The translations under genes were made by a program, and so were the position numbers. The notes under the pieces were generated by a model, which searched no databases, was not told where the DNA came from, and worked only from the letters and a program-made list of their open reading frames with translations. From Nitrosopumilus sp. (lineage in GTDB: Archaea > Thermoproteota > Nitrososphaeria > Nitrososphaerales > Nitrosopumilaceae): 64,000 nucleotides of DNA. Positions within the stretch are counted from its first letter, which is position 1; each line of letters opens with the position of its first letter. Of the stretch, positions 9,454 to 17,770 are shown in pieces. The stretch covers positions 1,120,001-1,184,000 of the forward strand of contig OZ241981.1 of assembly GCA_965204345.1 (NCBI GenBank), written 5' to 3'.

Positions 9454-10269
9454 ATGAAAATGTTATTGGCGGTATTATTAATTCCACTGTTAATTATTCC
9501 AGCATTTGCTGAATCTCAGACTTTATCTACAGATAAGGGAACGCTCGATGTTAAACTCACATATGATGCAATTGAGCCAAACACTCAAACTAAAATAAAT
9601 ATTGATTTTATCAATCCTCAAACACAAAAAATTCAAGAGCATATTGATTATACAATATCTGTTTCAAAAGAGAATGAAAGGGTTTTTGGTCCCATACCAT
9701 TAACCCATACATCTGTGGGTTCTGTTAAAATTCCAATTGAATTTAATCTTGGAGAAGGGATTTATACAATGGACTTTGAGATTGAAGGAATTTTATTTCA
9801 ACCACTTCCAACTGAAACGGTTTCATTTGATATTACAGTAGGAGATGCCTTTGCCCAACTGCCAGCTAATCAAAATCCAACAGATAATGATAATGGAGGA
9901 TGTTTGATTGCAACGGCTGCATATGGTTCTGAAATGGCACCACAGGTTCAGCAATTAAGAGAAATTAGAGACAATACAATTCTAAAAACAAATTCAGGAA
10001 CAGCATTTATGACGTCATTTAATCAGTTTTATTATTCATTTTCTCCAGTGATTGCGGATTTTCAGAGAGAGCAGCCAATTTTTAAAGAATTTATGAAAAT
10101 AATATTAATTCCAATGTTATCATCACTGTCTTTGTTAAACTATGTAGATATTGATTCAGAAAGGGAAATGCTTGGATATGGTATTTCTATCGTTTTGCTC
10201 AATATAGGAATGTATATTGGAATTCCAGTATTTGGCATTCTAAAATTGCACCAACACAGAAGAAACTGA
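9454..10269 (+). CDS. Exported protein with CFI-box-CTERM-type C-terminal domain
   Basis: Signal ...PAFA; QEHIDY...THTSVG domain; GGCLIATAAYGSEMAPQVQQLRE; C-terminal TM and basic tail. Confidence 0.8.
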   Translation: MKMLLAVLLIPLLIIPAFAESQTLSTDKGTLDVKLTYDAIEPNTQTKINIDFINPQTQKIQEHIDYTISVSKENERVFGPIPLTHTSVGSVKIPIEFNLGEGIYTMDFEIEGILFQPLPTETVSFDITVGDAFAQLPANQNPTDNDNGGCLIATAAYGSEMAPQVQQLREIRDNTILKTNSGTAFMTSFNQFYYSFSPVIADFQREQPIFKEFMKIILIPMLSSLSLLNYVDIDSEREMLGYGISIVLLNIGMYIGIPVFGILKLHQHRRN

Positions 10270-10326
10270 TTCTGTCTCTAGAAACCACAGTGGGGTTTTT
10301 ATGTATCTTAACAGGTAATTTCTCTA

Positions 10327-11259
10327 ATGAAGACTAAAGCACTTAGCTCTTTCTTCGTACTATTTGCTATTGCAGCAGGTATTGTCACAATGACAGCACC
10401 AACTGCTGTTTTTGCAGATCACTCAGAGGTAACAGTTGAAGCCGCAGCAGGTTCTGGCTTTTCTGGTTGTCAAGACACCCCAGAAGGATGTTACATACCA
10501 AGTACAGCAACAGTTGATGTAGGTGGTGTTGTGATATTTTCAAACACTGATAGCGCAGCACATACATTCACATCAGGTGTTGCAGAAGATGCTGATTCAG
10601 TAGGTGCCATATTTGACTCTGGTCTAGTAATAACTGGAAATTCATTTGAATGGAATCCAACTGAAGTAGGTGAAGTACCTTATTTTTGCATAGTTCATCC
10701 TTGGATGGAAGCTATGATTATAGTACAAGAAGTAGGAGATGGAGACAAAGCAGCAGACGATCATGGTGACGATCATGGTGACGATCATGGTGACGATCAT
10801 GGTGACGATAACGGTAAAATGATGCAGGGCATGGAAAAAGATGATGCAGCTGCAACCGGAATGTTATCTGATGGTACAGTGGTTTCAATATGGACTTCTA
10901 CACCAACAGCAGATGAAATGATGGAAATCTCCATCGAATTTGCCGATGCAGAGCATGTGAATTATGATATTAGGGCAACCCAAGATGGTCAGGAACTATT
11001 GACTGATATTGGAGCACATAATCATAATGGCGTAGCTAAACATACAACAGATCGAATGTTGAGTTCTGATCCAGTAGACATCACTGTTACCTTCCAAGGT
11101 TATGGTGTTGATGATCCTAAAATAGGACCAATCGGTGAAGAAGTTGTATTCTCAAACGTTGTTCCAGAATTTGGTACAATCGCAATGATGATACTAGCTG
11201 TTGCAATCATAAGCATCGTAGCAGTAACTGCAAAATCTAGAGTCGTTCCAAGATTTTAG
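10327..11259 (+). CDS. Blue (type 1) copper protein, plastocyanin/azurin family, with PEFG-CTERM anchor
   Basis: NTDSAAHTF and YFCIVHPWM (His/Cys/His/Met ligands); VVPEFG-TM-basic tail. Confidence 0.92.
   Translation: MKTKALSSFFVLFAIAAGIVTMTAPTAVFADHSEVTVEAAAGSGFSGCQDTPEGCYIPSTATVDVGGVVIFSNTDSAAHTFTSGVAEDADSVGAIFDSGLVITGNSFEWNPTEVGEVPYFCIVHPWMEAMIIVQEVGDGDKAADDHGDDHGDDHGDDHGDDNGKMMQGMEKDDAAATGMLSDGTVVSIWTSTPTADEMMEISIEFADAEHVNYDIRATQDGQELLTDIGAHNHNGVAKHTTDRMLSSDPVDITVTFQGYGVDDPKIGPIGEEVVFSNVVPEFGTIAMMILAVAIISIVAVTAKSRVVPRF
10756..10809 (+). repeat. 12-bp tandem repeat x4.5 encoding (DDHG)4
   Basis: GACGATCATGGT perfect repeats. Confidence 0.95.
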
Positions 11260-11273
11260 GAATTCCTCTTTTT

Positions 11274-11909
11274 CTATTTTCTTTTTACTAGAGATATTAT
11301 TGCTAGAATAATAGCTGCTGCTGCAATGGACAGTCCAAGTATTGCAAAGTCATAAGATGCGCCATCATTAGAGGTAACTTTGGTTTCTCCAGATTCTAAG
11401 CTGGATACATCTTGTTGTAAGGAAGCGATTGCATTTTTTAGTGCTCCAATATCAGCATTACCACTACCCGTGGTTGGTGGAAAGTCTAAAACTGCTGTAG
11501 GCTCTACATCCTCAACGGGTATTTTTACATCAATAGAGACATCATCGAGTTCGCCCTTGAGTTCTACAGTATAACTTCCGGTTCTTGTTGGAATTATTGA
11601 CGAAAAATAATATCCAGGTCTAGGATCAGAATTGACATCAATTTTTTTAGCGGCGCCGCCAAACATCACAGTGGCATCTACATTTTTAAAAACGCTAGTA
11701 ACTCCTTTATGAGTTCCTTCGGTTGGTCCAGGCTCTATAATTTTGAAAACAAGATCATTTCGTATTCCTACTACAGGAGGCTCAATTGCCCATCCTACTT
11801 CAATTTCATACTGCTCAACATGTACAGTGGTATGCGCAAATGATGGAGCAATCATGCCAACTGAAAACAATAAAACAACAAGGCCCAAAAATGCTATCTT
11901 CACGACCAT
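11274..11909 (-). CDS. Exported membrane-anchored protein with mature N-terminal His
   Basis: Likely start ATG 11909; signal ...APSFA|HTTVHVEQYEIEVGW; C-terminal TM plus KRK; divergent from copCD. Confidence 0.8.
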   Translation of the reverse strand: MVVKIAFLGLVVLLFSVGMIAPSFAHTTVHVEQYEIEVGWAIEPPVVGIRNDLVFKIIEPGPTEGTHKGVTSVFKNVDATVMFGGAAKKIDVNSDPRPGYYFSSIIPTRTGSYTVELKGELDDVSIDVKIPVEDVEPTAVLDFPPTTGSGNADIGALKNAIASLQQDVSSLESGETKVTSNDGASYDFAILGLSIAAAAIILAIISLVKRK

Positions 11910-11940
11910 GATTGGAGAATTGCAGGTTATTATCTTTATG

Positions 11941-11958
11941 TAAATTGGTACAAATTTA
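11941..11958. promoter_or_regulatory. Near-perfect 18-bp palindrome between the divergent His1-protein and copCD genes
   Basis: TAAATT-g-GTAC-a-AATTTA. Confidence 0.3.
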
Positions 11959-12004
11959 GAAAAATGTAAACTGTTTAAATTGTCATAAATGATCTTATCA
12001 ACAA

Positions 12005-14779
12005 ATGAGAAAATTTCTAATGATTGTACTAGTTTTATCATTTATTTCAATTCCAGTTGCAGCAGCACATCCATTTACAGAAGAAACAATTCCAAATTCA
12101 TCATCTAATGCACCAATAGGCACATCAGAAATAATGGTATATTTTTCAGAACCGGTGGATATCAACTTCAGTGAAATCAAAGTTTTTGATAATAATGGCA
12201 ATCAGATAGATAACAAAGATACAAACTATCATGAAGGAGAATTATCATTAATAGTTACTACGGCTCCATTAGATGAAGGAGTTTATACTGTAGCTGTAAA
12301 AGTTCTCTCAAAAGTTGATGGTCATCTAGTCCCAAGTGCATTCGTGTTTGGGGTAGGCGATGTTATCGTTAAGAATATTGAATCGCCAAAAATTGAGCAA
12401 GAAATTATATTCTTGCCAGAAGCAGGTGCAAGATTTCCGGGAATTTTAGGTCAAACTATTGTTTTAGGGGCAGTAATTGCATCATTAATTATTTGGGGAA
12501 CACAAAACAAGCATCTGATCAGAGAGGAACTAGATAAAGTGGAGAATTTCCATCATGGGAAGTTCATGTCAATTACCGGTGTTGGATTAATGCTTGTATT
12601 TATTTCAGATATTCTAATGATTGTAGTTCAAACAGTAAGATTGGAAGCATTTCCGCTTGAGATAATTCAGACGTACTTTGGAACAGTTTGGCTTGCTAGG
12701 ATGATTATTACAATAATTCTACTTGGAATTTGGTTTGGTATGGATAGGAAAAAAATTCTATCAAAGAGAAACCAAATTCCAATGCTTGTTGTGTCTCTAG
12801 TGTTAATTGCAACTTCTACTTTGATAGGTCACGGGGCAGCAAGCGAACAGATTGGTGCAGTAATACTAGACTATATTCATAATTTGGTTGCGGCAGTTTG
12901 GATTGGTGGAATCATATACTTTGTTTTCACATTACTTCCAACATTTTCACAGCTAAAAGATGCAGATAAAGAAAAAATGAGTTTGGTAATGATTCCAAGA
13001 TTTTCCATTGCGTTTATTATCTCAGTTGGTATTGTAATTATTACAGGACCAACATTAATGTGGTTCTTAGAGACAGATATACGGTTGATCACCGAGTCTG
13101 TATTTGGTCAGTTAATTATTCTGAAAATTGCAATTGCGACAATCATGGTAGGTTTGGGGGGATATTTTCAGCTCAAAGTGCAGAAAAATGCAGAAAAAAG
13201 CTTTTCATCAGGTAAAATTTCAATTCACAAAAAACTACGCAAATCTCTCAAGGCGGATGCAATATTGGGAATTATTCTTCTAGGGGTTGTGGCATTGCTA
13301 ACTAATGGTACATTGCCTGCAGGAGAAATCCAAAAAGTCGATGCGCAAGAAATAGTATATGGATTCAAGACTATTGAATTCTCAGAAAATGCAAAATTCG
13401 ATATTGACATATCTCCATTTTCTAGTGGAACAAATACAATTCTAGTTAAAGTGAGGGATTTTGAAGGAAATCAGCTTTATGATTCAGAACAGATTCAAGT
13501 AAAGATATCTAATCCATCAAAGAATATCTCTCCGATTGAAATTCCAGTGTCAATAAAGAATCCCTCAGATCCTATTGAATTCCAAGGTGAATTAACATTT
13601 GGGTTTTCAGGAGAGTGGTTAGTAGAAATCGAAGCTCAGAGGACTGAGAATGCTAATGAATCAATAGTTTTGAATTTATTTGTAAAACCTAGATTAAATG
13701 ATATAAAAACTCAAATTATTGAATACGAATTGCCCGAAGATGCAAAGCCATTATTCTCCGTATATGATGGAAGTGATTCCTTGTGGATTAGTGATGCGTC
13801 TGCACCACGCATTTGGCAATTCTCTCTTCAAACAAATGAATTTTCTTCATATTCATTTGATGGATTAGCAACTACATTTTTGACACAAGATAGTAATGGA
13901 AGAATTTGGTTTACTGACACACCAAGAAATCAAATTGGATTTATAGACATTAAAACAAAAGAAGTTACAACTAAGACTATTCCAAAACTAGATCCAGTAA
14001 TTTCAGAGAATTCGCCTCTATTTATCAAGGCAGACTTTGAGAACAACATATGGATTACAATTGTCAATAAAGACAGAATTGTAAAATATGTGCCAGAACA
14101 AGATACGTTTGAAGAGATAATTCTTCCAGATAAGCAGTCATTGCCATTTGCATTAGCCCTTGATGAAGATGGTAAGGTCTGGTATTCAGCAACAGGAGTT
14201 GGCAAGATTGGATATATTGATCCTAAAAATAATCATCTGACACAAATTTCTACTGAGACAGTATTGGAGGCACCAGAGGCTCTCCTATTTGATGATGATG
14301 GAAACCTATGGATTGCCGAACATTCGGGCTTGGCAATCACTAGATTTAATCCAGTTTTAGAGACGTTTGAAAAAGTATCGGTACCTGATAGTGAGGCATT
14401 ACCATTTGGTATGACATTTGACAGATATGGAAATGTTTGGTTTGCACAACATACGGTAGATAGTTTAGGAGTTTATGATCCAGATAACAATGATTTATTA
14501 GAAATTCCAATTCCAACTGAAACATCATTTGTTCAATTTATGACATCTGATGGAAACAACAACGTATGGTTTGTTGAACAGCAATCAAATAAAATTGGAA
14601 CAGTAAAGATGACCGAAATTCCAGTAAGTATTTCACAAATAGAGACGTCAAGTAAGGTAAAGATCAAATATACCGAACTTGCATCACCACTAATTGCGTT
14701 AGGGATTATTGCAACATCTCTATTTTATGTGAAAAGTATTCAGGATAAAAGAAGATTGAATTCACTGATTAATTCTTAG
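12005..14779 (+). CDS. CopC-CopD fusion copper uptake/resistance protein with Ig-like domain and Vgb-like beta-propeller
   Basis: Signal ...VAAA|HPF, FSEPV, VLSKVDGH (CopC); GHGAA, HNLVAAVWIGG, RFS (CopD); repeated DxxGxxWF propeller blades; C-terminal TM. Confidence 0.9.
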   Translation: MRKFLMIVLVLSFISIPVAAAHPFTEETIPNSSSNAPIGTSEIMVYFSEPVDINFSEIKVFDNNGNQIDNKDTNYHEGELSLIVTTAPLDEGVYTVAVKVLSKVDGHLVPSAFVFGVGDVIVKNIESPKIEQEIIFLPEAGARFPGILGQTIVLGAVIASLIIWGTQNKHLIREELDKVENFHHGKFMSITGVGLMLVFISDILMIVVQTVRLEAFPLEIIQTYFGTVWLARMIITIILLGIWFGMDRKKILSKRNQIPMLVVSLVLIATSTLIGHGAASEQIGAVILDYIHNLVAAVWIGGIIYFVFTLLPTFSQLKDADKEKMSLVMIPRFSIAFIISVGIVIITGPTLMWFLETDIRLITESVFGQLIILKIAIATIMVGLGGYFQLKVQKNAEKSFSSGKISIHKKLRKSLKADAILGIILLGVVALLTNGTLPAGEIQKVDAQEIVYGFKTIEFSENAKFDIDISPFSSGTNTILVKVRDFEGNQLYDSEQIQVKISNPSKNISPIEIPVSIKNPSDPIEFQGELTFGFSGEWLVEIEAQRTENANESIVLNLFVKPRLNDIKTQIIEYELPEDAKPLFSVYDGSDSLWISDASAPRIWQFSLQTNEFSSYSFDGLATTFLTQDSNGRIWFTDTPRNQIGFIDIKTKEVTTKTIPKLDPVISENSPLFIKADFENNIWITIVNKDRIVKYVPEQDTFEEIILPDKQSLPFALALDEDGKVWYSATGVGKIGYIDPKNNHLTQISTETVLEAPEALLFDDDGNLWIAEHSGLAITRFNPVLETFEKVSVPDSEALPFGMTFDRYGNVWFAQHTVDSLGVYDPDNNDLLEIPIPTETSFVQFMTSDGNNNVWFVEQQSNKIGTVKMTEIPVSISQIETSSKVKIKYTELASPLIALGIIATSLFYVKSIQDKRRLNSLINS

Positions 14780-15587
14780 ATAGCAATCCTGCCGACTTTA
14801 TTCCCATAGTTCCTGCAAGTAAAGCAATTGATAATAAAACAATAGTTCCTGCAGGAGTAATATCAAATATGTAAGAAATCAAAATTCCCACTATGACTGA
14901 AAATATTGAAAAACTCATTGAAATTATTGCAGTTTGCTTGAATCCTTTACCATACATTATTGCAGTAACATTAGGAATTACAAACAGGGCTGAAATTAAT
15001 AATACGCCTACAAGTTGAATTGAGGTTACTACGGTAAGTCCTGCCATAAACACTAACAAATAATTTATTTTTTCTACTGGGATCCCACTAACCTTAGCTT
15101 GCTCTTCATTAAACGTAGAGTAAAGAATTTGCCTGTACAGAATCAAGATTATAATTAGAATAGATCCAGTTAATGCTAAAATTAAGACAGTATCATTTAC
15201 ACTAACAAGTAGAATACTCCCAAAAAGAAAACTGAAAATATCAATAGTGAAACCACCTGACAAACCAATGATTACGAGCCCGATTGCTATGCCTGAAGAC
15301 AGTAACACTGCAATGGAAGCATCTCCGGATATGTTGTATCTATCCTTGACTTTTGTGATAATTAAGGCACTGGCTATTGAAACTCCATATGCTGTCCATA
15401 ATGGATAAACGCCAGCTAGTAATCCCAATGCAATTCCACCAAAAGATGAATGGGCAATTGCATCACCAAATAACGAATAACGCCTTAATACCAAAAATAA
15501 TCCAACAACAGAGCATAAAATTGCAATTGTAATTCCAGAAATTAGTGCCCTATGCATAAAACCAAATGATAGAATTTCAAGAGACAT
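14769..15587 (-). CDS. znuB: Metal ABC transporter permease (ZnuB/ABC-3)
   Basis: GLFLVLRRYSLFGDAIAHSS, LFGSIL, VGVLL. Confidence 0.88.
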   Translation of the reverse strand: MSLEILSFGFMHRALISGITIAILCSVVGLFLVLRRYSLFGDAIAHSSFGGIALGLLAGVYPLWTAYGVSIASALIITKVKDRYNISGDASIAVLLSSGIAIGLVIIGLSGGFTIDIFSFLFGSILLVSVNDTVLILALTGSILIIILILYRQILYSTFNEEQAKVSGIPVEKINYLLVFMAGLTVVTSIQLVGVLLISALFVIPNVTAIMYGKGFKQTAIISMSFSIFSVIVGILISYIFDITPAGTIVLLSIALLAGTMGIKSAGLLSKN

Positions 15588-15589
15588 GA

Positions 15590-16312
15590 TTAATGATGGT
15601 GCATGTGTTCCTGCATGGATGCTTCAGAATATTGTTTTACTAATTCATCATCAGAAAAGAATTTTTCAGATTCGCCATGAAAAAATAAAGTTCTGTTTAA
15701 ACATGCGACATGGTTTGCTAGTTGCTTGACTGCATCTAAATCATGAGAAGACCAAATGATGGTAATTTTTTGTTTAGAATTTAGTTCACGTAAGATACTA
15801 TAAAATAATTCTATACTTTGTTGATCAATACCGGTAACGGGTTCATCTAAAATCAAAATTTTTGGATTATTTACTAAAGCTTTTGCAATAAAGACACGTT
15901 GCTGTTGTCCTCCGGAAAGTTCGCCTATTCGTCTATTACGAAGTTCGTGAATCCATAATTGCTGTAAAATTTCATCAATTTTGTTTTCATCAGATTCTTT
16001 TCTTAATCCCATTCTCACAACATCGCTAACTGTCACCGGAAAATTTTTCTCAAAGATTGGTTTTTGTGGCACATATCCAAGATCCTTAAGGTAGCTTTTT
16101 GAATTTTTTATATCCTCATCAAAAAATTTGATAGTACCTTTGTATTTTGTATATAGTCCAAGCATAGAAGCAAAAAGTGTGGATTTTCCTGCACCGTTAG
16201 GACCAATTATGCCTAAAAAATCACCTAGATTAACTGTCAAGTTGACATTATCTAGAGCCTTAACATCAGGATATTGTACTGTCAAGTTGGTAATTTCAAG
16301 AGCATTCAACAC
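15590..16312 (-). CDS. znuC: Metal ABC transporter ATPase (ZnuC-like)
   Basis: GPNGAGKST, GYVPQ, LSGGQQQR, LDEP; C-terminal EHMHHH. Confidence 0.88.
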   Translation of the reverse strand: MLNALEITNLTVQYPDVKALDNVNLTVNLGDFLGIIGPNGAGKSTLFASMLGLYTKYKGTIKFFDEDIKNSKSYLKDLGYVPQKPIFEKNFPVTVSDVVRMGLRKESDENKIDEILQQLWIHELRNRRIGELSGGQQQRVFIAKALVNNPKILILDEPVTGIDQQSIELFYSILRELNSKQKITIIWSSHDLDAVKQLANHVACLNRTLFFHGESEKFFSDDELVKQYSEASMQEHMHHH

Positions 16313-17295
16313 AAAGCCTCTTTAAGATGTTCAAGATTTTGACTCATCTTTGAAATGTAATCATCTTTGGAAACAATTTCAAGTGGGGATAAAACTAGAA
16401 CTTTTCCACCAATCTCATCAGCAATAACTTGTGAGATTTTTGTATTCACAGTTTCTTCACTAAAAATCACCTTGAGATTTAATTCTCTAGCTTTTGAAAT
16501 AATATTTTCTAATGTTTTTGCAGTAACTTCGCCATGAGGATCATTTGATGAAACAATAGTATGTTGTGTCAAGTCGTATTCATCAGCAAAATATGAAAAT
16601 GCGTCATGAAATGCAATAAAATCACTATTGCAATTTGATAATTGGTTTTGAATCTTTAAATCTAGCAAATCTAATTTTTTATTATATTCTTCTGCATTTG
16701 ATTGATAAAAATCATTGTTTTTAGGATCAGAATTTGAAAAAGCATTTGCAATATTTTGTACTTGTATTTTTGCATATACAGGATTTAGCCAAATATGTGG
16801 ATCTCCTGCAAGATGTTCATGTTCATCGTGTTGTTCCTCATTGTGTTGTTCCTCATTGTGTTGTTCCTCATCGTGTTGTTCCTCATCGTGTTGTTCCTCA
16901 TCGTGTTGTTCCTCAGTTTGATTTGTTTTAATTCCATCGCTTGTATCAACTATTTTTCCGGGATAATTATTTTCTACTAAATCATCAATCCAGTTTTCGA
17001 AACCTATGCCATTTATAACAATTAAATCAGATTTTTGCATTTGTTGTACATCCTTAATTGTTGGTTCCCAGCCATGAGGTTCAACTCCAACTGGAATTAG
17101 TAAAGTAGCATCAACTTTTTCTCCTCCAACTACCTGTGAGAATTCATGAAGTGGGTTAAAAGAGGAAATAACATGAAGTTTTGAATTATCAATAGAAGCA
17201 ATCTTTTGAGTCTGATTTGTTCCATAGATTGCAATTGATGTTAATGGAATCACTATTGCAATTGCAATTATTGCAAATTTTATCTGAATATTCAC
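16306..17295 (-). CDS. znuA: Metal ABC transporter substrate-binding protein (ZnuA/AdcA, cluster A-I)
   Basis: EPHGWEP, DPHIWL, FHDAF and a His/acidic loop. Confidence 0.88.
   Translation of the reverse strand: MNIQIKFAIIAIAIVIPLTSIAIYGTNQTQKIASIDNSKLHVISSFNPLHEFSQVVGGEKVDATLLIPVGVEPHGWEPTIKDVQQMQKSDLIVINGIGFENWIDDLVENNYPGKIVDTSDGIKTNQTEEQHDEEQHDEEQHDEEQHNEEQHNEEQHDEHEHLAGDPHIWLNPVYAKIQVQNIANAFSNSDPKNNDFYQSNAEEYNKKLDLLDLKIQNQLSNCNSDFIAFHDAFSYFADEYDLTQHTIVSSNDPHGEVTAKTLENIISKARELNLKVIFSEETVNTKISQVIADEIGGKVLVLSPLEIVSKDDYISKMSQNLEHLKEALC
16826..16915 (-). repeat. 15-bp tandem repeat x6 encoding EEQH(D/N)
   Basis: T(C/T)GTGTTGTTCCTCA x6 on the + strand. Confidence 0.95.
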
Positions 17296-17314
17296 GCAAG
17301 CAGCTCAATTCAGA

Positions 17315-17347
17315 TTATTAATAAATGTATAAAATCTTAATAAGATT
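17315..17347. promoter_or_regulatory. Palindromic elements in the znuA/nikR-like divergent promoter (candidate operator)
   Basis: TTATTAATAA at 17315-17324 and AATCTTA-a-TAAGATT at 17333-17347. Confidence 0.4.
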
Positions 17348-17386
17348 AATTGCTAAACTTATAAGATAATTAATAACATTAATCAT

Positions 17387-17770
17387 ATGCCAATAGTCTC
17401 AATCTCATTAAATGATGAAATATTATCTGAATTAGACAAGCTACAGACGTCAATGGGTTTTTCAGGAAGATCTGAGGCCATCAGAGCAGGAATTAGATCA
17501 TTTGTTTCTGAAGAAAAACAAAAAGCCGATTTAGCAGGAAATATTCACGCGATTTTGTTGGTTGTGCACAATGATGAGTTTGATCATGTGGTATCAGGAA
17601 TTACACATAATTTTGAAGATCTGATTACAACACATCTTCACAGTAAGATTGAAAAAGAAAAATGTATGGAACTTTTTGTAATTGATGGAGATGCTGAAAA
17701 AGTCTCTACAATGACAAAAGACTTTCAAACAAACAAAAACATGGATACTGTAAAATTAGTAGCACTTTAA
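17387..17770 (+). CDS. NikR-family ribbon-helix-helix metalloregulator
   Basis: IVSISL...GFSGRSEAIRAGIR RHH domain; H...THLH...C metal ligands. Confidence 0.88.
   Translation: MPIVSISLNDEILSELDKLQTSMGFSGRSEAIRAGIRSFVSEEKQKADLAGNIHAILLVVHNDEFDHVVSGITHNFEDLITTHLHSKIEKEKCMELFVIDGDAEKVSTMTKDFQTNKNMDTVKLVAL

Noticed and set aside
16826-16915. Tandem repeat as a CRISPR array, and the Cys/Ser-rich or hydrophobic + strand ORFs over it
   Set aside because: The units are contiguous with no spacers and in frame within znuA; the + strand ORFs are antisense shadows of the repeat.
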